A DNA stretch of 64,000 bases. Origin: the human T2T-CHM13v2.0 reference genome, Homo sapiens. Position 1 is the stretch's first letter; the number at the start of each line of letters is the position of its first letter. Below, one piece after another: positions 28,430 through 44,265 of the stretch. Location: NCBI RefSeq assembly GCF_009914755.1, contig NC_060933.1, one strand, 5' to 3'. The translations under genes were made by a program, and so were the position numbers. Under the pieces are notes generated by a model that searched no databases, had not been told where the DNA came from, and saw only the letters and a program-made list of their open reading frames with translations.

Positions 28430-28778
28430 TTATTATGAACTGCAAATCCCTTAAATTCATACATTGAAATCCTAACTCTCAATGTATTGGTATTAGGAGG
28501 TAAACCTTTGGGAGGTAATTAGGTCATGAAGAGGAAACCCTCATCAAAGGAAAGTAGTGCCCTTCTAAGAAGATATACGAGAGAGATTTTTCTTTCCTCC
28601 ATGTGAGGATAAAATAAGACATCCATCTGTAAGTCAGGAAGACAGCCTTCACCAAGAACCCAACCATGCTGACTCCCTGATTTCAGATTTACAGCCTACA
28701 GATCTGTGAAAAACAAATGTTTGTTGTTTTAGCCACTCAGTCTGTGTTTTCTGTTATAGCAGCCCACATTGACTAAGA
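28430..28778 (+). mobile_element. MLT1A/B MaLR LTR
   Basis: AAATTCATACATTGAAATCCTAAC...GGGAGGTAATTAGGTCATGA...GTTATAGCAGCCC...GACTAAGA. Confidence 0.85.
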
Positions 28779-29344
28779 AAATACTAAACCCTTTATTTGA
28801 TAGATGAAGATAGTATCAGACAAGGTATCATATGAGTAAAAACCTAAGATTTATGTGTGATCATTTTACATTGGAGCAGCTACTGAAACTTGACACCAAA
28901 ACCACTAGCTAACATCAGTATGTCAACCCAAAACATTTGGGACAGTAATGAAGATACAGCCAATGAATTGTTTAAATATATAATCAAGGCAAGGTTATCA
29001 TCAGAAATATAGGAAAAAAATCCACTAAATTTGGTTTATGAGAAATTCATGATTCATTGTATACCTTGATACTTGGCTTAAAGCAGCAATCCTAATTCCA
29101 GATCTACCTTCAAGTCTGGGTCAGTGTTCTCAAATGCTGCCAGTTTCATGTAAGGACCGGCTTAATATTGAAGGTAACTGAGCATTGCTAATGTCTGACT
29201 GGAGCTGAAAGAGGCCAAAAGCAGGGCTGTAACTTTGGGAAAACTGACCTGGTGTTAACTTCCATCCCTTCCATTTCAAACGGGAAGGTATCGCAATTAG
29301 AAGCTATTAGCAGTCTTATCTAATAACTTGTGGATAACTCCTTT

Positions 29345-30849
29345 TTTACTCTTTTTTTAAGAATCAGATTCTCACTCTGTCACCTAGGCTGGAGTGCAGT
29401 GGTGCAATTGTTACGGAATCTTTGGGGTGTCGATTTTCTGGTTGGAAAACTGTGGTTGATGGCATCTTTGCCTGAGTTCTTGTCCTGCATCCAGAAAGAA
29501 TTGTGTAGGTAGACAAGTGAAGGGTTAAAGGAGAGGAGCTTTATTAAGTGTTAGAACAGCTCAGAGGAGACCCATAGTGGGTAGCTCCTCTCTAGGTTGT
29601 TCTGTCAAGTGTTCAGCTCTCAGCAGAAAGGGAAGCCCTGGAGAGGGTTGCTCCTGTCTGCAGCTGGTAGTTCCCAGACATCTCTGCAGGTCTCTGAAGC
29701 ATTCAGCAGAGAAAGTAGCTGGCCCTCCCATTGTCTCCAGCTATCAGTAGAAAGGATAACTCCTTCCTGCCTCTAGTCTTCCCTCCTCTGTCTTCTTCCC
29801 TGTTCTGGCTGAGTCCTGGGCTTTTATGGATGTCAGAGGGGAGGAAGTGTATGCCCATTGGTCCATGGGCAGCCATGGGCAAGCCCAGGAAAAAGCACCA
29901 TGAGTTTTGCCTCCAGTCTGCAGGATTGGCAGCCTAGCCTGCAGGTGGTGCTTCACTGGGGACCCGTCCCCTTCCACCCAGGAGCCTGTCTGCCTCCCAC
30001 AGCCATCCATGGCACCCAGGCTGCTGGCATCAAGGGGCACTTGCAGGCCAGTGCCCAGCCACCCTCCCACCCCCTCAGCTTCCCCTCCCATGCTCCTGCT
30101 CCTCGGTGTCCAAAGTCCAGAGGGGGCTGAGGTGGCAGGGGACTGGCATGTCAGCACTGCTTCCAATGTGTGCACACCTGGCTGGGCTGTGACAGCACCC
30201 TGCTGGGTCCCAACCCCACTCTGAGATCAGAGCACAGAGCCAGGAGGTGGGAGAGACCAGGTAGCAGGAGGAGGTGCCTCCAAGCCTGCAAGGGGCAAGG
30301 GGGGCCTTCCCAACCTCTCCAAGAGTGCAGGGTTGCCTGAGTCTGCAGCATTGGGGTGGCTGGGTGGTGGGCTGGGGTGGGGACAGAGTAGGGGAATTGA
30401 ATAAACTCCTGTCTGCTCCATGGAGTGGGAGGTCTAGGTCTACAGCTACAGCTGCAGTTTGGGCAGCTGCAGCAGCACCCAGGGAGCTCCCATTCCAACT
30501 CAGAAGGGGCAGGGCTCCCACTTGTCCCCATCCTGCCAACTCCAGGGAGCATACAACCCTGGCCACACCTGTCCCTGCAGCTGGCATGATGGCAGCAGCT
30601 GCTGCCATCACAATCATAGCTTATTGTAGCCTCAAACTCCTGGGCTCAAGTGATCTTTTTACCTCAGTCTCCCCAATAGCTGGGGCCACAGGCATGTGCC
30701 ACAATGCCCATCTAATTGTTTTATATTTTTTTAGAGAAGGTGGTCTGGCTGTATTGCCCAGGTTAATCTCTAATTCCTGGACTTAAGCAGTCTTCCTGCC
30801 TCATCCTCCTACATGGCTGGGATTACAGGCATGAGCGACTGTGCCCAGC
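29345..30849 (-). mobile_element. AluJ split by a MER52 LTR (29345-29408 and 30615-30849)
   Basis: CCTAGGCTGGAGTGCAGTGGTGCAAT | CATAGCTTATTGTAGCCTCAAACTCCTGGGCTCAAG; flanking GATAA[C/A]TCCTT. Confidence 0.88.
29409..30610 (-). mobile_element. MER52-family ERV1 solo LTR (GC-rich)
   Basis: TGTTACGG...GCTGCCATCA termini. 4-bp TSD CAAT at 29405-29408 and 30611-30614. Confidence 0.88.
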
Positions 30850-31902
30850 TCCTGATAAATCCTTTCTTAATCAAAGTCTTCATCAGCAGCCTTACTTACC
30901 ACAATCTTCCCAGATGATCTCAAGTATCCAAAGAAATTAAAAGTAGCTACTGCTGACAAAACTGTTGGGTTCCCTGATATTGTGCAAGAATAAAATTATG
31001 CTAGGTCTTCCATTAGCTAGCTCTTCTTCTGTAACAGTCTCTTTCTATGTATTAATCAAAACTGATGCAACTTTTGAAAGAACTATTCCTAGAAACTTTC
31101 TCCCTTCCCAGTCAGAATTAATGTATTATTTATCCATTTAAAGGACTATATAAATAGGACATGGTTTGGGTATATAACAGCACTTACGGCCATTTACTTT
31201 GCGGTTCAGTGATTTCTGTGTGCTTCTGACTTGTATATACTTTCAGCCCTTGTAGATGTAGTGGTGGTAGTTCTCCCAACTTAAATTTATCTTTATCATC
31301 CACCTTTATCCACAGTCCTCCTCATGATTAGCACATTGTCAATAAATATTTACTAAGCTGAACTGAAAGTTTTTATTATGCATAAATACTGAGATGTCCA
31401 TGTCCATGGTCATGCAGGACAGCAGAAGTCCCATTTTATTTTTTTTACCAGTGTATCTATTGCTAACAATTGCTTCAAGGTCAGGAGCCAACTCATGTAT
31501 TAGACATGTAAATCTTGTGAAAATATTCATATTGGAAACAGCATGTAGCAAGTGCAAACAGAACTAAATAAATCCTTAAATTTATCACAGTCCCTTCAAA
31601 GTATGAATTATTCTTCTAGCATTACATCAAATTTGATAAAATCCAAAAATGTTTTATCTCAATGTTTTAAAACTGTTGATGCTCTATACATTGAGTTGTT
31701 GTACAATTGAATGGAACCCACATTCAAAGTTTTTCCTCAATGTTAAAATTAAATGGTTCTCTCTGTGATTCTTTCTGTTTGCAGTTCTTCTCATTTCATT
31801 GTTAGAATTTGCCTAGTAATGTAACTCATTTGGAATTGCAGACGTTCTGATCTTTTCAAATGTGTATTTTGACAGGTGCCTCAAACATTCATCCTTGGTT
31901 TG

Positions 31903-32605
<703 letters not shown>

Positions 32606-35600
32606 GGTTGTAAACACTTGAAAAATGAGTATCTGTATTGAATCGCATATTTTAGCCAAAGTTTGCTTGTAAGAATACAGCCTATGGCCAAAGAATTAAT
32701 AGCTTACTCTCATTTGAATGGCGAAGATTTGCTCTCTATTTCCAGTATTTTATTTTTGTGCCTGTATGGTGGATATAGGCAAATTTTTACACAACAAACC
32801 AGAAAAGTTCAATAGTCTTTCATTCTCTGCTTTCACTAACTTCTTTTAAGTGTATTTCAACAATTATCTAAATATCGTCACCAGAGTAGATTAAGCGTAC
32901 CATTATAAACACTCTATTTCTATTTTTTCAAAACTTGAATTGAGCTAGCTGCTAATAACATTTTTAAATTAGCATTGCAACCATATTCACCTACCATGTT
33001 TTTCCCTCTCCTTTGATTTCTGGGTCATTACTCACTTTCACAATTTGTATGTGACTCACCACTCTATACCTACTTTTGCCTTACCTTAAAATATTTTTTG
33101 ATTTAATACATTTACTTTTTTCTCCTTTTGCTTTTGGAATTGTATTACTATCATGGGGGGTTTTCTTTTCCTTTTTCAAGGTTTCTCAAAATTCTTGACC
33201 AAAGCCCTATCCCCTGAAGTGAGTAATATTCTTCACTAAATTACCGCATCACATGTTTACATCTGGCTAAAGTAAGAAACACTATTCATGTTCTATAGCT
33301 ATTGATAATTGTTAAAATAAACTTAACAATTGATAACAAATTATAGAAAATGATTATTTTAAAGTTCTTTATACTTGTAATATTTGTAAATAATATGAGT
33401 TATCACCTCTTTCTGTAGCTAATTGTATATGGAGCACATGCAGTTAGTGGCATGTTTCTTAACACATTTCTCATATCAAGAATAACAAATCCAACGCAGT
33501 GGGGAGTGGAGAAAAGAAATTAAATGTGGCTACATCTGTAAGTAACAATTGCAGCCACTTTGTCAAGGGTAAAACAATCATCCATGAGCTATACAGATTA
33601 TTTGTCACCAGAATAACTGAATCAAGAGGTTCCAACTCATTAATTTGTTTCATTTCCATATACCTGAACATCTGGGACATGAAGAAATAGTGTGTATGTG
33701 TTAATAGGCAAAGCTGTAGTAATGACTTCTACCTATTTGAAGCAGTTATCTATTTTCCTGTTACTATCTAATTTTTACACAAAAATACTTCAGATGAATA
33801 TTGACAGAAACTCAGAAAGAAGTATGGCATAAATTAATATGAAGGTAATGTAGTAATGGCAGAAAGTTACAGCTTAAAAGTTTTTACAGTGAGAAGATTA
33901 TTGTAATAGTGAGAGCCAGGTATAAGTTTGTTTCGAAATGATAATGTACAGCTAAAGAGTATAATGCTCAAATTTTTGTATATGTAGTTTTCGTAATTCA
34001 ACAAGTAGCGTTAAGAGACAATAAGAATTATACAGAATGTTGGATTTTATTTCACGTCTGTTCCTCTTGTCAGACATTGCCATCTTTCCCATGTTTCATC
34101 AGGTGTTCAGTAAGTTAACAACATTCACTCTGTGAAAAGTACCCCATGATTTATTGTATAAATGTAGTTGGAATTACACTGTGGTTCCTCATATCCTCAA
34201 GCTTATCATTCAGTTTGGAGACTACACTATATAAATGTAGAAATGCCATAATTATGCTTATAAGTTGACTTTTTAAAACATGCAAATTAATATGGTAGAA
34301 ACTGAATACATAAGTATGGGGGTGCCATATAAAATAATGATCAATGCCAGTGGGATTAATCAAGGAAAGTTTCTTGGGGAGGTGAATTCTAAACAGAATT
34401 TGGTATATTTGTTTATTTAGCACTCATTTTATGTTTTCTAATTATAAATATAATGTATTCTCATATTCTCAAGCTAATAAATTTGCAAATTTTAAATTAG
34501 TAGGAAGAGTAAAAGGAACTAAGATCCACTGTCCAAAGGTAATCATTATTCATGTTCTGCTCTTTTCCTTCCATTTGGCTCTCTGATATTTTCTTCATGG
34601 TTGCCATTATATCACATATTCAATATTATAACCCACTTTGTGTTTCAGTCAGTGTCTACACATACAATTTTGAATGACACAAATGTCTCATAGAAACTAA
34701 GTTTAATCAAATCAAGAAACTAATTTTAATCCCAGTCTATATCAATGTACCGTTTCCTTCTAGCTAAATATTTAGGCTTTTCCAAATTTTGTTAACATAA
34801 ATAACTCCAAAGATATTTTTGTTAACATTTTCTCTTATTGCTATTTTCCTAAGGTAGACTTTAACAATTTACTGTAATAAAGTATAGAAAATGATCATTT
34901 TAAGGTTCCTTATACTTGTAATATTTGTAAATAATATGTTATCACCTCTTTCGAATTAGTTATTTCTCCTTGATATTTTATTGCATTGATCAGAATTCCC
35001 AGAATTGTAATATAATGCTAATTATTAAATCTTACATTCCTTCTCATGGTAATAGTTATTATTTTGTAAATATGATGCTATTAGCAAATTTTAGATTGGC
35101 ATCCTTAATATATTCGTTAGATGTTAGTAATTCCACTTTTCCCTATAACTGTATTTTTCTTTTCAATCAGAAATTAATCTTGAGTTTTGTTCAATAATTT
35201 TATGATATTTATTCTGATTTTCATATTACTTTCTATTAACATATTGGTAAGTTTTTCTAAGATTTTCCATATGTTTATCTGAAAGAAGTTCTGTAATTTT
35301 CTTCACTGTTCCCATTATCAGATTATATATCAGATTTACAAAAGTTTTGTTAAAAATTTTGTTCCCCCCCATTTTTCTATGTCATTGAACATTTATTTTG
35401 TTGACATTTCACATTTCTTGATTATTGAAGGAAATCTATTAGTCCATTGCTTGTAAAGGTTTTTTTGGAGAAAAGTTACTCTTTTTTAGTATATACTACT
35501 TTGTTATTGCTATAGTCACCTATTAAAGTTAAATTATCTACTTTATTAAGACTTAAAATATTAATATATCATGTTATCAACTTTAAATATCTTCACATCT

Positions 35601-36079
35601 GTTGTTATATGCTTTATTTCTAATTTTTAAATGTGTACTTTATCTTGATTAAATTTTATTGAAACTTATCTGTTTTCTTATTGTTTCTTTTTTAAACAAG
35701 CCAGTCAGGATTTTGCAATGATATTTTTTATGATTTATGATTTTATTGTTATTGTTACCCTCATATATTTTGGGTTTTAAATAAATTTTTATAACTTCTT
35801 AAATTTGATGCTGTTTATTTTCTTTTTTTAAGTAGACCTTTACCTATTCTTTCTTCACCCACTTACATTTGAGTCACCTGCAATGTGTCAGCTTCTACTT
35901 TCCCTGATCTACCTTGTTGCTTTCCCTTATTTCTTCCTAAAATCCAGGTATGATGATCTTACAATTGGCTCTCATGGCACCCTACACTTCTGTTATCACA
36001 GCACATGCTATTCCATTGTGCAAACGGATGGGCAACTAAGACCACTTTCAGGACTTTATCATAATGTTTCAAAGTCATA

Positions 36080-36377
36080 TTTTTTAAGAGACAGGGTTGT
36101 GTTCTATCATCTAGCCTGGGGGAGTACAGTGGTGTAATCATGGTTCCCTACAGCCTTGAACTCCTGGGTTCAAACAATCCTCCCACCTCAGCCTCTAGAA
36201 TAGCTTGCACTACAAGGGTGTGCAGCCACACCCAGCTAATTTTTTGCTTTTCATTTTTGTAGAGATGGGGTCCCACTCTGTTAACCAGGCTGGTCTTGAC
36301 CTCCTGGCCTCAAGTGATGTTCCCACCTTAGCCTCCCCAAGTACTGAAATTACAGGCATGAGCCACCACAACTGGTC
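36080..36377 (-). mobile_element. AluJ
   Basis: Diverged Alu dimer with J diagnostics CAGCCTTGAACTCCTGGG.TCAA.CAATCCTCCCACC. Confidence 0.88.
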
Positions 36378-36889
36378 TGAAAATTCTTAAATCCATTCAT
36401 GGGCTATCTTCTAACTGTTCCCTTCCTCTATTTAGGTCTCCAGTAAATTTCAACTCGTTCTTCAAATCTGGCTTCTGAGTGACCTTTTCAGAGATTCTCC
36501 AATGTATTCAAGTAAATAAAATAACTGACTTCTATGTTTTTTCATTTTATTTTGTGATTAAATATCAAAATATTGAAATAAACAATGTGTCCTAAGTAGG
36601 TTTTCTTTCTATCTCAAGTTCTAGATTTTGAGGCCTTTAAAGATAGAAACAGCAGAATCAGGCCCTTGAACACAGGAGTTAATCAGTAAGCATTTGTTGA
36701 ATAAACAATAACAGGACACCTTTCCACTTTCCTAAAACCCATCAAAGAATTCTTACTCATTCTGATCCATCTTCCCTTATGATGAGACCAAACCACTCAC
36801 TGTGGTCAACGGCATTAAAAAATAAAAAGTGGGGAATTTCCAGAGGTTAAAAAATGTGGACAAAACTATTTGAAATATTCATGTATTTA

Positions 36890-37445
36890 TGAACTGATTC
36901 ATTAAAAATTTTTCACTATTAATATTTGTTAAATGCCTACACATCATTAGGGACAGTAAGTATAGCAGAGAACAAAACAGAAAAATTTTCCGGCCACACG
37001 AACTCTATATTCTAGAGGACAGAAGAAATTGTCTGATAAGAATCAGGAAAGAACAAGATATGTCCAGATTAAATCATAACCTTTACGTAGAATAAGAGTG
37101 AAATCACTGTAAGCTATGTTGATATTTGACCAGGCTACTTGAAAACTTTTAAATAAGTGCTTTAAAGCTATTGGTGGCTTTTGAACAAGGAACTACTGTG
37201 GTCATTGAATTTCATGACAGAGTGCAATAGAAGTGGAAAATGTGCATATAAATATTCTCAGGCCACAATGTGCCATATCATGGAAACTTTGCAATTTTCC
37301 AGATGACAGAGAATAGAAATATAAGACATGACAATGGAAATGATAGTGAAAGGATGAATGTTAAATACACTGCAGAGGAGTAAGAACTGGCAAGAATTGA
37401 CAAATGATGAGTTAAGCAAGGTATGAAAAAATGAGGATTCAGGTG
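36890..37445 (-). mobile_element. L2 fragments
   Basis: TATTTGTTAAATGCCTAC...AGCAGAGAACAAAACAGA and purine-rich L2-like stretches. Confidence 0.55.
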
Positions 37446-37467
37446 AGTAAGAAGGGAGGGGGAATAA

Positions 37468-37814
37468 AATCATGCATCGCTTAATAACAGAGATACTTTT
37501 TGAAAAATGCGTTGTTAGGCAATTTCATTTTCCTGCAAACATCATAGAGTGTACTTACACTAACCTAAATTGCAGCCCACTACTGTCCAACTAGGCAATA
37601 TGGCATAGCCTATTACTCCTAGGCTACAAAACTTTATAGCATGTTACTTTACTCAATACTGTAGGCAATTGTAACACAATGGTAGATATTTGTGTTTCTA
37701 AACAAACATCAACATAGAAAAGGTACAGTAAAATACAATAAGATAGTCTTATAGATCTACCATCGTATATACAAGTCTGTCTTTGACCAAACATTGTTAT
37801 GTGGTGCATGACTG
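37468..37814. mobile_element. Tigger3/MER7-type DNA transposon MITE
   Basis: TCATGCATCGCTTAATAACAGAGATAC...GAAAAATGCGTTGTTAGGCAATTTCAT...AACATCATAGAGTGTACTTACAC...GCATGACTG terminal inverted repeat. Confidence 0.85.
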
Positions 37815-38819
37815 TAATATGGTATCATGTTGAGCAGAAACTCTCAACCTTCCCGGTTGAGGTACACTGATAAAAACTATAATAAGAAATGTATTACTGC
37901 TTGCAAAATCTCATAATTATGAGCAATTTGTTCTTTCACAAATTTAAGAGAATTTCTCCAGAATAACAACACTCACTTTCATTCCTGTATGCTTGTCTTT
38001 AAAAGTAGAAGGAAAAGTTGATGAAAGTATGGCTAAAGTTGGAAGTTCTCTCTCTTCTACTGTGGCTGCAGCATTAGTGAATAAGTATAATTTTTATGAC
38101 TGTAACAATTAAATATTTCTCTTTCTGGACTTTACTTTTCCAGAAAGAGAATCTTTGGAGGAAAAGTTGATGTGTGAGGCAGTAAAGGAAAAGTGTTAAT
38201 GTTTATGCCATATGAACCTTTAGAAGAAAGTCATTTTTTGATGGAAGCTTGCTTGTATTACTACATGCATGCATGGAAACAAATACTCTCTTCTTCCCCA
38301 TGTCTTTTGTATGCTATCCTATTCCACCAGTACTGAATTAGTGCTTTTGCTCTGCAGCTAACTCTCTCAAGTTCGTCTTTCTGAAGTCCGAATCTCTCTC
38401 TTGAATGTTTCTGGCCTTAGTACCTACCCTGTAAACACACTAAACCTGATCCATTTACAGACTAGATAGTTTTTTGGTCCAAAAGATAATTCATGGAATT
38501 TCCCTAATAAATGTATATTAATTTATATTACTTTAACAATTGATTTTCATTGATCCTGATGAGGATTGGCTATTAGTTGATTACTATGTGTATTTTGTAA
38601 AGATATACATGGCTGTCAGAAAAGAAGATATTTTATGCCATAAAATATTATGAGACAAATTTTTAAAAATAAGACTATGTTTTTCCTGAAACAAGCTATT
38701 TCTACAAACATATGCTTTCATGAAATTTTATTTCTCATGTTACCTTTATGATTACCTTTTTGTATGCTGACTATATTAATAAAGTTAGAGATTCTATGAA
38801 GTTTTAAGAGATTTTCTCT

Positions 38820-41202
<2,383 letters not shown>

Positions 41203-42289
41203 ATAAGTGTTTATTGTGTTGAAGTTTTGTGAAAATAGTAGATTAGGTTTTTCTACGAGTTGGGTATCTTAAAAAATCATTTAGTACTCAGTTTTTAAGT
41301 TTTAAGTAAAAAAGATCACAAGTGACTAATTAAAATAATAATGAGAGTACTATAAGTATTCCAAAATAGTTTTTTCTAGTGGTGATATTTAGGGTGTATA
41401 TTTGGTTTGGATTTTGTGCATATGTATTTCTAAGTTAGCTACAGTGAATACATTTGTAGACATCAAACACTCCATGTTTCTTTTTTTGTGATAGCTTATG
41501 CCTGACCTAATTCTACATTAGCGAACAGATTGAAGAAGTCAGGAGACATCAGGTAGATGTAGACACTTCACCAAGGAGTCCCCCTGCAGTGCCACAGGGG
41601 CAGTAGGCTCACTTATTCCATATCCTTGGCATTTGCAGGGATAGACATACACAGGGAGGCACGGGGAGCTCTGAGGAGCAAGGGCAGATGGTCATTGATG
41701 GGAAAAAGTTGCAGTGCTTTAGACCCTCTTTCTTTTAATGGAAACTCAGGGATGGATGGTCTGACCATAAACTATTAATAGTACCTCTGGGAAATAATAA
41801 TACTCAATACAGGGCCCATCAAAACTGTTTCTCAAATTTAAAAGAGCCACAGGATTGCAGAACAGGGACTTAGAAATAGTAGAAGCAATTATATTTAAAA
41901 TGGATGGTCACAAAACCATGATTCTGGGTTAGTATTGTTTGCCTCCTCAGTAAATAAGACATGGAATCATAGCAGTAAAAGTACTTTGAGTCTGGTATTT
42001 TACACATAGGAATGTGAATCCATTTTTACATTTAAAAAATGCAAATCAATAGAAAATATGTGGTTTTATACATAGGATTTTGGTTTAAGGACTATATTTT
42101 AGTGCACAGTCTTCTACTTAACAAAATATATCTGCATTCAAAACAAATTATTTGCTATGAAGCAGAGAGTGAAATTTATCAGGGTCTTAATATTATAAGT
42201 TAAATTTTATATTTTGAGGTTATTACCCTGGTTTGGATTTTGTACATTTACACAACACCTTACAGAAGAGGTTTTCAAACCACATTCCA

Positions 42290-42514
42290 CAGAATGTCCC
42301 TTTTTAAGGCTAAGTAATATTCCACTGTATATCTGTACCACATTTTGTTTATCCATTCTTCTGTCAATGAATGCTTCCACCTTTTGGCTATCATGAATAA
42401 AGTTGCTATTCACATGAATTTTCAAATATTTGTTGAAGTTCCTGCTTTCAATTTTTGTGGGTTTAAACCCAGAAGTGGACTTAGTGACTGATATAGTAAT
42501 TCTATGTTTCATTT

Positions 42515-42549
<35 letters not shown>

Positions 42550-43293
42550 TTTTTGAGATGGAGTCTGACTCTCTTGGCTCACTGCAACCTCCACCTCCCA
42601 GATTCAAGTGATTCTGCTGCCTCAGCCTCCTGAGTAGCTGGGATTACAGGCACGCAGCACCACGCCCAGTTAATTTTTGTATTTTTAGTTGAGACAGGGT
42701 TTCACCATGTTGGTCAGGCTGGTCTTGAACTCCTGACCTCGTGATCTGGCCACCTCGGTGTCCTAAAGTGCTGGGATAACAGGCATGAGCCACTGAGCCC
42801 AGCCTATTTTCCATTTATTTTTAATTTTGGAAGCACTGTACTCTTTTCCACCATGACTATACCACTGTAGAGTCCACTGGCAATGTACAAGAGTTTCAAT
42901 TTGGCTTCATCCTCACCAACACTTATTATTCCCTGCTTTTTTGATGATTGCCATCTTAATGTGTATGAAGTGGTATCTTACTATGGTTTTGATTTGCATT
43001 TCCTTAGTAATCAGTGATGTTGAGCATCTTTCTTGTGCTTGATGGCCACTTGTATATCTTTTTTGGGAAATTTTCTATGTAAGTCCTTTGCCTATTTTTT
43101 AATTGGGTTGTTTATTTATTGTTGAGTTGTAGGAATTCTTTATATATTCTGCATATTGATCCCTTATCAAAGATATTATTTGAAATATTTTCTTCCATTC
43201 TGCCAGTTGTCCTCTGATTGTACAAAAGTTTTAAATTTTGGTGAAGTCAAATTTACTGTTTTTTTCCTTTGTTACTTATGCTTTTGGTGTCAG
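42290..43293 (-). mobile_element. L1MA/MB 3' fragment split by an Alu
   Basis: TTTAAGGCTAAGTAATATTCCACTGTAT...CATCCTCACCAACACTT...GTTTTGATTTGCATTTCC. Confidence 0.8.
42512..42804 (-). mobile_element. AluS with ~30-bp internal deletion
   Basis: GAGTCTGACTCT joins directly to CTTGGCTCACTGCAACC, so the CCCAGGCTGGAGTGCAGTGG segment is missing. Confidence 0.9.
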
Positions 43294-43764
43294 AAAGCTT
43301 TTAGTTTATAATTTTAACTATATCATGTCTCCTGCCTCATATGTACCACTGGACAAGATCTCTTTTATGTGCTCAGCTTCTGTCAGAGGTAAATGTATTT
43401 TGAAGTTGAGAACGAAGATAATTGCAAAATTGGCCTGGAGAACTAAGGTAATTATGAAAGTTCCAGATACAAGGAGAGAGGGCTCAATACGCCAGCAGTT
43501 CTCTACCAATCCATCCTAGCGGTCTTCTTTTAGGATTGCCTAAATAATGCAGGGGATGGGTGCAAGACACACAAGTGTTCCAGAAGAATGTAAACAAGGT
43601 ACAGAGAAGAGGATAAGATAAAATAAGATGAGCGAAGAATCTTAGGAAAGCCCTGTTCAGAAGATTGCCTACAGAGGCAAAAGGGACAGTTTCATTTTGC
43701 TGAGGGAAACAGGGTGGTAAGAAGCCTCGTGGGGAAGATCCCCGCTTACCCTGATACAGAGAGG

Positions 43765-44265
43765 TGTAAAATAACGTAATGGGAGAGCATTAGGCTGAGA
43801 TAGCTCCCATGGCCTGGGTTTCTACATAGACAAAATGAAACAAGCTTAGCCCACCAACAAGTGGCCCACTGAGTATTAGCGGTGTAATGAGAGACCTAGC
43901 ACCAGGATAGTTCAAATAATGCAACTGCCCAAATTTTTGCCAAACAAATAATTTCTCTACTCTACTTCTACATTCACCCTATAAAAGCCTTCCCTACAAA
44001 CGCCTCCAGTAGATCCTCTAACCATTTTCAGTTTGGAGCTGCCTGATCCATGAATCTCTGTTTGCTTAAATAAACTCTTTAAAATGTTAATATGCTTAAG
44101 TTTATCTATTTTTTTCTCATTTTTAAAAATTGAGATAGGATCTTCCTATGTTGTCCAGGCTGGTCTTAAACTCCTGAACTCAAGGGATCCTCCTGCCTCA
44201 GCCTCCTGAGTAGCTGGAATTATAGACGTGTGCCTCCACACCCAGCTTACATTTATCTTTAAACA
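43765..44265 (+). mobile_element. ERV1 LTR (MER93/MER34-like) with an inserted FLAM
   Basis: TGTAAAATAA.GTAATGGGAG.GCATTAGGCTGAGATAGCTC start; TATAAAAGC, AATAAACTC and TTTAAACA end. Confidence 0.65.
44108..44246 (-). mobile_element. FLAM (Alu monomer)
   Basis: Single Alu arm; flanking TTA..TTTATCT repeats. Confidence 0.8.

Noticed and set aside
29731-30786. Cluster of overlapping 90-180-aa ORFs
   Set aside because: They lie in the GC-rich MER52 LTR and Alu, where stop codons are scarce.
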